Source of the DNA: Dimorphilus gyrociliatus
Taxonomy: Eukaryota; Animalia; Annelida
Assembly: GCA_904063045.1 (NCBI GenBank)
Contig: CAJFCJ010000002.1
Span: forward strand, 1,634,422-1,698,421
Length of the DNA stretch: 64,000 nt
Direction: 5' to 3'
A model generated the notes under the pieces. That model worked only from the letters and a program-made list of their open reading frames with translations, was not told the DNA's origin and did not search any database. A program made the translations under genes and the position numbers. Of the stretch, positions 12,201 to 27,311 are shown piece after piece. Positions within the stretch are counted from its first letter, which is position 1. Each line of letters starts with the position of its first letter.

Positions 12201-13060
12201 GGAAGAAGGCTCCTTGTAATGATGAAAAAGCTCCGTACGGTGTACAACCAGAAGTTTTAGATAATTATATCCGTAGCGTTGGTAAGTATAATAAGTAACT
12301 TTATTACAATACGAATGTCATTATTTATTATAATATCTTTTCAGCTGGTTATACGGTTATTACTTATCTATTAGGAGTTGGTGATAGGCATTACGATAAT
12401 CTACTCTTAAGAGAGAATGGTATATTTTTTTTAAATAAAAAGATAAATGAAATAGCAATAATTAACTATTTAAATAGTTTATATACAATTATAATAATTG
12501 CTTCTTATTCAAAGGTAAACTATTTCATATCGATTTTGGTTATATATTGGGAAGAGATCCAAAGCCTATGGCTCCACCTATAAAGTTGGGTAAAGAGATC
12601 TTGTTAGATGTTATTGGCGGTAAAGATTCTGAATATTTTACAACGTTTAAAAATCACACTATAACCGCTTATTTAAGCCTTAGAAGGTTCATTATTCTTC
12701 ATGTTTTTAACTGAAATTCTTATTGAACTATATGTTTTTTCTATAGATCAGCAAATTTAATATCCAATTTATTTTCCCTAATGTTGGATGCTAACGTTCC
12801 TGACATTGCCTTGGAAGCTGATAAAACATTAAAGAAAGTACAAGATAAATTTCATTTAGAGTTACACGAAGAGAAAGCTGTTGAAGAATTAACGGTAATT
12901 GTAAATGAATAATATCCTATTTATGTTCATCTATTAGACATTAATTCATTAATTACTTTATTATTTCATTCTATAGAAAATCATTGAAGAATCTATGTCA
13001 GCGAAATTTGCAGCATTCTTAGAACAATTACATAAATTTGCCATTAATATGCGACAATAG
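9271..13060 (+). CDS. PIK3C3: Class III phosphatidylinositol 3-kinase Vps34 (multi-exon)
   Basis: [18 protein letters not shown] (C2 domain), [41 protein letters not shown] (helical domain), [30 protein letters not shown] and [14 protein letters not shown]. Confidence 0.96.
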
Positions 13061-13586
13061 TCGTCTATTTTCTCTCTCTTTCATATTCTCCGCTTTTCGT
13101 CTAGTATTGTCATATCAAAATGATAAAATAATGAATTTATTTACAATTAATAATATAAATAGCATACAAAATTGAATTTTACATTTCTCTCTCTCTCTCT
13201 ACTATGTAAATATTTCACAAAACTTAGGACAATTGCGCTATTAGCCTTTAATCCATCAATCATCTTCAACTATACCTAATTGCTTTATTACTCTTCAGCG
13301 ATCATATTTTCTTTCAAACATTAAAATGGGTCAGACAACCTTATTATACTCAATTTGATTGAGAATTATATGTAATTAGCGTCATAGGAATCTTTTCTAA
13401 TGGAATAGATTGGATATTTTCCTATTAGATAGAAAAAAAAGGATAATTGACTTAAGAATATCATAGATTTTTATTTACTATCATTTTTATATCCGTACAA
13501 CAAATTTTTTATTTAATATATCTATTATAAATACAGTTTTTACAACAATAAGTTAAACATATTTTAATAGTAAAAGTTTGTCAGTT

Positions 13587-15059
13587 TTACAACTTAAAAT
13601 GTTGAATTGTTAAAGAGTTTTTATCATCTACCAAACAGACTATAAATTCTGTAGTTGTAAAACGATAATGAACAATTCTATATCTCATTGAGTCGTGTGA
13701 TAGTGGATACGTTGAAACTTCATTTTCGCATCCGTCAATAATGTAGGAATGATGACGATTTGTTAGTAAACAATGTCCATTCTTCAATTGATTTATTAAA
13801 TTTTCATCAATTGTAAAATTTTCATTCTTTAATCTCATTTTAGGATATTCGAATGATTGATTTTTTAAATTTAATGATAATATCTTGTTGTTAGTTAGGA
13901 GAAAGTAGACCGTTTCTTCAATGAAATTTATATCATCTATAATTAATGCCTCGGGAGGTGAGATCGACCATTTTTCGTGTCGATTATCAATATATTTGGC
14001 AATTTTCTTATCGTTAAATAGAATTATGCAGTCATCTAGACAGAGTACGCTACTCCATCCATTCTCAGACCTATCTAGGACAGTTTCCAATTTATACTTG
14101 TAACCAGTTAGCGTAAGAGATGATAAAACGCTAGAATCTTTACTATCCGTTTCCAATAGGTAAATTTCCATAATGGTTTTTGATTTAGCGTTAATATCAA
14201 CAACTGAATCGTTTGGACATGTTAAAGAATGCAGTAGAGATTTGGATGTTTTACCAATACCAATTTCATGAATGAAATTATCGTCCTCTTCTTTTTCTTT
14301 TGCAATACTAAGAACATAGATGGCTCTCTTAGACGATGAAACTGCTTTAATTTCCCCATCGAATTTAAAATGTAATCTTCTAAATGGTAATTCTGTAAAT
14401 GGAGAATACGAATGACCGTAATCGCAGTTGAAAGTTGCATTTTCCGAATTAAATTCCTCTTCTGTTTCCCCTGTTTGTTTTTCGTCCAAAGTTTCACCCC
14501 CAAGATTACGACGATCAATTGTCTCATCCATTATTAACAACTCTATAGCGTTGTCTAAAATGACATGTAATTTCTTATCTAATTCTGTAAAGAATTCATT
14601 GAATTCTTGCTGTAGGGAATCGAAATTTCTGCTTTGCGATATTGCAAGGCTTCTCTCAGTCTCTTCTATGGTTTTATCATATTCTTTCTCAGTCGCTTGT
14701 TCTTTTGTTAACATTTCATTTGTATCTTCCCTCTTTAAGAGATTATTATTTCCATTATATTTTACATAATTTTCCATACTTTCGGTTTCTTTTTGTTGAC
14801 AGTTTTGAAATGACATCACACCATGCTTAGGCCAAAAATAAGTTCTTCTACATATAGGACATGAGAATTTGTCGCCTGTTTTTAGATTATGAACCTTTTT
14901 AAAAGATAGCAAACATTTAATGCAAAACGAATGAGATTTATCGCAGGGTAAACATTTAGCATTTCCAATTAAACAGGAAGTGTTGCATATTGGGCAGAAC
15001 ACTTCCTCCTCATAACTTGAACATTTCTCCTGAATTTTGTCCTTAAAGATATGCGACAT
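13587..15059 (-). CDS. Intronless C3HC4 RING-finger protein with a coiled coil and a beta-rich C-terminal domain (TRIM/NHL-like putative E3 ligase)
   Basis: 490-aa ORF with CPIC..CDKSHSFCIKC..CPIC RING, a helical E/K-rich middle and a C-terminal half of short hydrophobic beta-strand segments. No B-box seen. Confidence 0.75.
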   Translation of the reverse strand: MSHIFKDKIQEKCSSYEEEVFCPICNTSCLIGNAKCLPCDKSHSFCIKCLLSFKKVHNLKTGDKFSCPICRRTYFWPKHGVMSFQNCQQKETESMENYVKYNGNNNLLKREDTNEMLTKEQATEKEYDKTIEETERSLAISQSRNFDSLQQEFNEFFTELDKKLHVILDNAIELLIMDETIDRRNLGGETLDEKQTGETEEEFNSENATFNCDYGHSYSPFTELPFRRLHFKFDGEIKAVSSSKRAIYVLSIAKEKEEDDNFIHEIGIGKTSKSLLHSLTCPNDSVVDINAKSKTIMEIYLLETDSKDSSVLSSLTLTGYKYKLETVLDRSENGWSSVLCLDDCIILFNDKKIAKYIDNRHEKWSISPPEALIIDDINFIEETVYFLLTNNKILSLNLKNQSFEYPKMRLKNENFTIDENLINQLKNGHCLLTNRHHSYIIDGCENEVSTYPLSHDSMRYRIVHYRFTTTEFIVCLVDDKNSLTIQHFKL

Positions 15060-15454
15060 TTCTAAAAAATACCAACTTTGATTTTTAATATAATTATTTT
15101 TGCTATCTATTACATAATAGCTTTTCTACAAGCGTTTCCAAGCACCTAACAGCAGGGAGAACTCATCTTTTTATGAGATGCTAAACACCAGAAAATGGCG
15201 GATAAACAAATAGATATTGACTTTTAGCAGACGACAAACAGTGAATAACTTATAATCTGATTAGCGAACAATAGAGAGAGAGTTTAAAAGATCTTTGAAC
15301 TTTTCTTTTCTTAATTATAAAAAGTCATATATATATAGATATATATATATATATATAATTTCCTGGGTTGTTTCTATTGTAATATATGTTTATATTGAGG
15401 TTTATTTATTGTTTTATAAACTTTCATAAACAAAAAACAAAATATATCTATCAA

Positions 15455-18400
15455 TTAACCAGAGAAGAATGTTTGTAAATCCTGTCCAACGGATTCTTCC
15501 ATATCTGTGAGAATTTTATGTACAGCCTTTGTAACGTCTTCGTCGTCATCTTCCATAAGTTCGTGCAAGGACGGTACAATATCTGGCATAAGATCTAAGA
15601 ATTCTCCACCCATTTTATTCGCAATATCACCTATTGTTTTCATTCCACTAATTTTAATATTAGGGTCAGGTTCCGTAAATTTCGATACTATTTCTTCAAC
15701 GACTTTCTTGGAATCGGCTGATTTGGCAACAGCCAATCCAGATAATGCTTTAAGTGTATCACCTTTACCTATTTTATTCGTAATAAGAGTAACTAGTTGA
15801 CCAATAGTTCTGTCATCCAAATGAACATCTTGCTCATAGTATACGCATTCTGCTACGGTCTTTAAGGCGTTTTCAACACTTTCACTTTCACCTTCAAGAG
15901 TTTCCATAATTAAGGGCCATATGGGGGCAGCACATCTTGTGAAGGCTGATCGCAACTTTCCTGCGAGCCTATTTTTTTTATAAAGAAAGTGATAGGCTTA
16001 AATTCAATAAATTAAAAAAAAAATCAAACTTACATTGAAGTTAACTGAAGTAAAACCTTCTTCCTTCTAAATACAATATCTTCTTCGTTGACAGTAGCCC
16101 AAGATACGAAATTCGACAAAATGGCCTTAAAAGTATCTTGACGGCTTTTCATTGCTACTGAGTAGAGGATTCTACTAGAGATGTCTAAACTCTCGGTTTG
16201 ACTTTCCAATGCAGCACAAACCACATCCACAATTTGAGAATAATATGTAGCAATATCTTTTACGTTCATTATTTCAACTGAACTAAGCAATATTTCCAGA
16301 AGATGAGCGTCAGCATGTTGTTTCAAGACTGGTAAGATCACTCTTATTTCAATATTATTTACTAAACAATCCTTGATTAAATTAAGTCGTTCAGTGTTCT
16401 TCGCCGTTTTATATGCCGATAATTTTGAGATGGTTTTTAATAATCTTTCCAAAAATGGTCCTAAAAACCTGATCATTTTCATACAAATCCTTGCTAACGT
16501 ATTAAGGCACGCAGTTAAAAATTGAACATTCAAATTTGACAGGTCATTAACACTCTCAATATGTAAAAATAAAGATTCCAAAATTTCTGACAAAAATACA
16601 ATGGCTGTCGCACCCAATTGATGCATTATTTCACCAGCACACATAAAAATATTACCGATTACTTGCTTATCTGTTTCTGTTTTCAGATGTTTTATCAATT
16701 TTTTTAGAATATCTTTGAAAGCATTTGCTTCAGTAGGTGTTAACATTTTACTTAAGAATCTTAAGCAAACGTAAGCCGTTATTTTTTCTATTTGATTTGA
16801 TGAGTCAATAAGTTTAGAGAAAGTGACCAAAAGATTTTTTAAAGCACTATTTTCAGCATCAGTTAGAACTCGCCTAGACATTGAACGAAGGAAGATTGGA
16901 GCTAAGTTGTTCATTTTTTTAATTATAACGTCGTCTTTTTTGCTTAGTAAAGTTTTCAATACATCCGAAAATTGCTCTGCGTCTAATAACTGCATAACCT
17001 ATAAAAAAAATGAACCGTTAAATGAATTAAAAAAGTTAAAATTAAAAAACTTAATATCATACTTTTCCCATGTTGTCGTCTTTAAATAAGCTTTGTAAGC
17101 TTAACCAGAATGATGTGGGGATTGATGAATCTTTCACGTTGACATAACTTAAAAATGCAGATGTTAACTTTGCCGAAACTTCTATCAGGTTAGAACACTT
17201 CAGTGTAAATGCGTCACTAGCCTCATCTTCAAGCTGAAAAATTTCCCACTTTATATCTTAGATTATGTTGCTTAGGCTGTTACACTACCTTAAATGATGA
17301 TAGGTATTCCAACAGATAATGACAGGAGAAAACTGAAGACATCAGTATATAACAAAGTTGATTAACAGATAAAGTTTCAGCCACGACTGGGAAGAAATAT
17401 TCTCTTTTTTGTTTCATTACTAATTTAGAGGGTTTTACTGGTAGACTGCTGGAACCTTCGGCAAATCTGCCAGTAAATTCCAAAATTCCCAAACAAGCAT
17501 CTGCGATATCTTCAGGTTTGCACTGATTTTGACGTTTTTCAAAGATTAAATTTATTTCGTTTTCAATGGTCTTCTTTAAATCATCTCTTTTAATTGCAGT
17601 TTTGCATATATCTTCTGATAGCATTGCTATGAACATTGGTAAGTAAGTGGGTATATTTAAAATATCGAATAGTTCTGAATATAAAGCTTGGCGTCTGTGA
17701 GATGGCACTCTTTTTCGACCCTGAACGATAACTCGAAGCAAATCGTATTGTTTATCGAATCGTTCTAGAACAGGTAAGAGAGATCTAACAGTATTCTCAA
17801 CTACTTTCAGAGAGTGTTCATCATCCATTTGGGGTAATAAATCTTCACCCATAAATGATAACAATGATAAAAGATTGTTAACAATATAGTCCTATAAAAT
17901 TTAACATTTAAATATTAGCAATATATCTCAGAATAAAAAATATTTTGAAAACAAACTGGATATAATTCAGCAAGACTTGTTAGGACCAACAGAGCTTGCT
18001 GCCTAATATGCAAGTTAGACGATGACCTTAAGCATAGTAGAAGATCGTCCATAGCTACGCTCTCTAATAAACGGAATAGTAATCTTAATGAATATTTGTT
18101 TGTTTTAATTGCTAAGCTTACCTTGTTTTAAACCGCTATTCTTGGATGATGCCCAAACAGTGCATAAACTATTGAGGAGAGTTAACACAAGTTGTTTATT
18201 AAAATCAAGATCAGTTTTATATTCAATTGTATCTTTCTGTCTTTCAGCGATATTCAAGCTAAAGGATAAATAATAAATAATATTTCTAATTAATACAGTA
18301 TAAAAAAAATATGATAAAGCCTTACTAGTGCAAAACTTTAAATAAACATGGTAAAAAGAGTTGCCAGTCGGATATTTCATCTTTTATGCACAAAGCTTGT

Positions 18401-21400
18401 AGAAGAATGCTTATTCTTATCCATTTTAATCTCTCTATAATTATTTCTTCAGTATCTTTCATTCTAAAATTATAAATTATATTTCCTTCTTGTATAAAAT
18501 ATATTTAACTTCTACATTACCTTCTCTCCTTCAGACTTTTTCCATCTTTGGAATATAAGCAGTTAAACTCATGTTCAACTTCATTAAAAGTTAAATCCAT
18601 CTAAAAAGTAATGTTTATAGTAAAAATTGTGAAAAGAATTATGATCACTATTAATAACTACCTTTGTCAAAAAACCTTGAACTTGACGTCTGGTTTCTGA
18701 AGTTGAAAAGTCAAAGAAAGCAACATCTAATACAGCAGTAATGATTTCTTGTCGATTTTTCAGGCTCTTGAACGATTGTTGTAGTTCGTCATCTTCAATA
18801 TTCTCTAACTGAATATCAAAGGAGAATGTAATACTTGCCTATGTAAATCCACATAAAAACAATTTGCAAATGTTATATACCTGGGGTAAAACAGCACAAG
18901 CAAAAGGTGTAGATAAAGTTTTTACAATCGATTCCAATCCCACACCGCAATCAATAAACTTTTTGATAATTAACCAAACAGTTTGAATATCAGTAGTTTG
19001 AAGATCTGACCCAGTTTTAAGTATACTATCATTCAGTTTTATCAAGATCTCGTTCACAGCCTGATTTTAAAATATAAGCATTATAAATTTTAAAATAACA
19101 ATAGATGAAAGAATAGAAAAGCATACTGTTGATTTAGCTTTATGAACAAGAATGGTAAGGAAACGTCTTAGCTCAGGCCATGTATCTTTATCAAAAAATA
19201 GACTTTTTAAGCCTTCATTAAAAGCTGAGCTTCTGTGTTGAGCTAGATATTTTTTCATCACCTGGAAATTTCAAATTATAATAGAAGACCTTCAAAATTG
19301 ATACCATAAAAAAATATTTACCGAAATAATGCACTTTTGATCAACAATAATTTCATTTGTAAATTCCAAGACGTACTCAAAAAATTTTTTCCATGGTGAA
19401 CTTAAATTTTTTTTAATAGCTTTAAGGGTACTAATACTCCAGCTACGTTCGTTCGAATCGGGTGACAATAGTAAAATGAGGCACAGTAAGAAATCTATTT
19501 GAAACATATCGAAAAGTCATACTTTATTTGGTAATGTTTTTTTTTACTATTTACTCGGTTTAGGTGTTTTTCCATCCTCATCAATGTCAGTTAAATAGAT
19601 ACAGAAATTTTCACAAACCGTATCATTCAGCTTTAGAGCGGGTAATAGTTTGAAAACTTCAACACCAAATGTAACATTTTCCTGAAAAAGATAGTATTAT
19701 TTTTTATGGTATTTCTCTGTATTTTCATAGTTACCATCATTAAATCGTGAACAACTTTTGTTAGTTTCTTTTTCATTTTCTTTATACAACCTAATGCACT
19801 AAATTTTCTCAAAGCCCTGAGTTCATTTTCAACCTGACCAGGTGACATAAAATTTCCTGTAAAACAAAAATATTTATATATTATTATTAATTTTTAATTA
19901 TACTAGTAATTGTTTTTTTTACCTAAATTACCAGCTTTAATGGATGCTACTGAAGAAAGAATACAAAATATTTTGGAAACTTTAACGAGTTCTTCCTCCT
20001 GGTATATGTCTAACCAGATTTCTAAATTTGCCTCATCAAACACCGTTTTCTGCATAACAAAAAATAAATAAATTCCTTTAAGAGTATCGTTACGAAAAAT
20101 CTGTTTGGTTTAACTGCTTACATCAACTCCTGATAAATCGAAATTATCTTCTAACAATTCAGCGCAAAAACTCCATACATACTCCCAATCTTTTCTGGTT
20201 TTACAGAGATGGAACATATTTTGACAGATAGATGACAGTAAGAATTGAAAATCTGATTTATCTTTCCACGATGACCGAAGATAGCTTAACTGAAAAGTTC
20301 GAAACAATAGCATTAAAATGTTTGTAAGATAGAAAAACTTCTTCATGCTTACTATTGAATTTTCAGTCTTATTTTTTAACAAAATCTCGGCTATTTTGTT
20401 TAAATTTTCACTTGGTTTTAAAATTTCCTCCAAATTGATACCTGTAAATATGTAAATAATAGAAAAAATCGCAAATTTTGAATGTTGTACTTTTTAAGAA
20501 TTTTTGTAGCTCGAAACAAACTAATGGACGGTGTTGTTTACAAAATTCGATAAGCAATTTATGAAATTCATTGGAATTAATAATAAATAGCGAAAAGAAT
20601 TTAATCTGCATATCCATTGGTAATTTTCCATTATCATCAAGTTGCCACACGTGTGATAAGAGCATTAGTGACTTTTCATAAATTTTTATCATTTTAGATT
20701 TCCTGTTTAAAAATAGTTGTTCAAATTCTTATTAATCTAAACATATATTTAGATTTTACTTACTTTTCCTGTTTATCACAACCGAGGCAGACTTTAAACA
20801 AGGTTTCAGTAAGTTTTGATGCATCAAATATACTTTTAAGTTTATCTCTACATTCAATAAACTGAAAAATATTTTGGTAATATTTCTTTTTTCTTTAAAT
20901 AATATAAATAAAATTATTACTTTTTCAGTCAAATCTAATAAAGCTGAAATAACTTTATATTGCCCCTCCTCTTTCCAATCTAACTTATTATAAATGACAT
21001 ATGAGAGCAACTTTTCATCCAAAAACTAAAATATATTATTTAAGTATAGTTAATTATTGACTATTTTTAATTTTATTTATATTTACCGCATTAGTTTGAA
21101 TCATTTCTTTTAGAGTTTGAATGCCGGTTACTCTATGAATTGCGCTTGTATGGAAAATATTCATAGTTAGAGAAGTTTCTGCGCAATCAGGTTTATCGGA
21201 TAAGGTATTTCTGTTTAGTATCTTGTGTAGTCCTTGAAGCTCGTCACATACATAAATAGCGATATCAAATGCAGCTGAAAAACGTTTCTCAAAAACTTGA
21301 AGCAATTTCAAGAGTCCTGGCCGATTCATTGAGGATTTGTCCTTTGTCAAATGTTTAAATAGAATTCTGAAAAGAATACTTTTGAAGCCAGGAGATGAAA

Positions 21401-22962
21401 AAATACAGTACTAAACTTACATTATTAGGCAAGCAGCTTTCTTTTCTTGTATAGAGCAATTTTTTATGAGACTTTTAATTGTTTTCGTGAGATTTTCGTC
21501 ATCATCATCTTCACAGGCCTTTTCAATCAAAGCTTGAATAATGAAGCTAGTAAATCGAATATTGCCTATTTCATTAAGTATATCCGATAGTTTCTCAATG
21601 TTGCATAAATATTTAATTAATCTATTGGAAAAATTTTTCAGTTAATATGAAAATTAACGAAATTTAAATAAACAATACTTTTTTGATAGACCATTCAATT
21701 GCTTTTGTTGAAAAGATAAAGCTAAAGTTTGTACAGCCACAGTACAAACCTGTTTATCTACTTTCTAAATAATTTGAATTAATTAATAAGTTTATTAATA
21801 GTATTAGAAGATGTTAACAAACCTTAAATCCGGCTGCAAGAATTTTTAACACTATTTTCTTTTCCAAGGTATGTTTAGATAGCAAATAGGAAGCTATGAA
21901 AAATCCAGTCAATTTACCAGATTTCATCTCCGAATCAAAAAGTGTTGAAAAAACAGACAAAAGTAACGTAACATGTTTATCATTAAATTTAACATGGTTC
22001 ATACAACCAATACATAAAGAAGATACATATGAAAAACATATATCTAGCGCTGAATTAACTGGTCCTTGAATCTATAAAATTAACAAGTTCTAATTAAAAG
22101 CATATATTACGTTACATCGATACATACTTCAATGGTGTTATTCAATAGATCAACTGAACTTTGAAGGAGCTCGAGATCAATTGCTAATTTCATTAGAGCT
22201 GTTTTTGTAGGTTGCACTCCTTCTTTCTTTAATTGATATTATATCATGAAAATAAATAATAGTAATTCCTTTTTTAAAAGAAAGACTTACAGCATAATCC
22301 TCTAAAAATTTCCATTTCTTATGACATTTGTCAAAATTAATTATTTTAATTATTTTAACAAAGATTGGAGAGTCATGACTAGGTAAAGATGCTTGGACAA
22401 GAGCATTAACATCATAAAAATGTATCCTAAATCTGTTAATTTAACAAATAATATTATATTAATAGCTTTTCAGATTTAAAGAAATGTCTTTATTTAAACT
22501 TTACTGAATATAAATAATGAATGATGTAACTTTACCTTTGTACTAGCCATTCCAATGCTTTCTTTGTACACTCTAATTGAAACCATGGAACGCAGTAATT
22601 TAAGAATTTGTTGATTTGAGACTGCAATTCTTCATGCTTTTCAGTTTGTAAAATTGCTCTTTGCAATGTTTTACTTGATAAATGGAACAGCGAATCTCGA
22701 AATTGTTGAAAAGATGGATCAAGTTTTTCTAAGTCGTCTAATCCCGATATTCCTATTGAAAGTAAGTATGCAAGGTGTTAGAAAAAATTTGAATCAAAAG
22801 TAAAGCTCGTGTTTTTTAACCTATTTCATAAAAGTCATCAAGATCAATAGATGCTGCTTGCTTTGGATCAAATATTAAAGAGCATTTTTCCAAATCTCGA
22901 TCAACAGCAAATGCTTCAGAGTTAACTGCTAATCTTTTTAATTGGCGAGCTAAACTTGTCAT
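15455..22962 (-). CDS. HEATR1: HEAT repeat-containing protein 1 / Utp10 (many short exons)
   Basis: The N-terminus MTSLARQLKRLA..SLIFDPKQAASID..GISGLDDL matches HEATR1 (MTSLAQQLQRLA..SLLFDPKEAATID). The C-terminal BP28CT-type segment reads FLDLMPDIVPSLHELMEDDDEDV..QTFF. Internal exon boundaries were not all resolved. Confidence 0.92.
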
Positions 22963-23023
22963 CGCTGTATTGTCGCTCAAATAAACGTGGTTTGAACTAC
23001 TCTATACTAAAATAGACAGTACT

Positions 23024-23035
23024 ACGCATGCGCAA
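23024..23035. promoter_or_regulatory. NRF1/Erect-wing-type GCGCATGCGC-like site in the HEATR1-PCYT2 divergent promoter
   Basis: TACGCATGCGCA, one mismatch from the TGCGCATGCGCA palindrome, lies in the 286-bp gap between the two divergent ATGs. Confidence 0.5.
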
Positions 23036-23247
23036 CATTTCGATTGAGAAGTTTTTACCACACTTTAGTATGGCTCTCTTTCGATATTTTTGATTTGTTG
23101 AAGAGAGGAATTAATGTGTCAAGGTCACTAATACGTAAAACATTAGCAACGCCTAACAGTTTTTTCCACACCAAAAAAATAAGGGCAATCGCTATTTTGT
23201 TCGTGGAGAGAAACTGATATCCTACCTTCTATTAGGAAATTTAAACA

Positions 23248-26580
<3,333 letters not shown>

Positions 26581-26687
26581 ACTTTTGTCATTATAGTTTC
26601 TATCCTACAATGATTTAATAAGTGTGAACCATTTTGTAGAATATTTAACTCTTTAGTATTTTTATTATTTCTTATAAAGTCTATATG

Positions 26688-26689
<2 letters not shown>

Positions 26690-26730
<41 letters not shown>

Positions 26731-26762
26731 AATTTATATATACTAATATATATATATATATA
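26690..26762. repeat. Interrupted (TA)n microsatellite between PCYT2 and the MICAL-like gene
   Basis: TA runs at 26690-26724 and about 26745-26762. Confidence 0.9.
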
Positions 26763-27311
26763 GACTATGTCTCTTTCTCTCCCACTTTCTCTCTTATTTT
26801 CTTTTCTATCTTTTTGATTAATTAATCGGAAATTGCAAATGTTTCTTTTCGATATTTTAGTTCTTCATTTCAATATTGAAAACACGGCCTCCATTGACTC
26901 ATTAATGTTGTTATGCTTGAATACTTCCAACAATGAATTTGGAAGAAAAATAAAGTATTGAACAAATGATATCATTGATCATTGATATAATAAGAACAAA
27001 ACTGGTTTCCTCTTTTTATTAACAGCTTTTTATTTGTTAACTTTCTCTTAGTCTTTAATTGGTAAGTGTTTTATAATACGAAATAGGCTTGTTGTGAAAA
27101 TATACCTCATTATCGTATAAGGCCTAGTCTATTGGCCAACAGTATTAACATATACAGTATATATATATATATACACATACGGTAAATACAGGCCAATATT
27201 TATATAACGAAAATTGGTAGTTGGTTTTATAATTTTCAACAGTACTTTCTCTACTTGTATAAAATGATTTTAACAACTTTCTATTCATAAAACGACAACA
27301 AGTGATACAAA

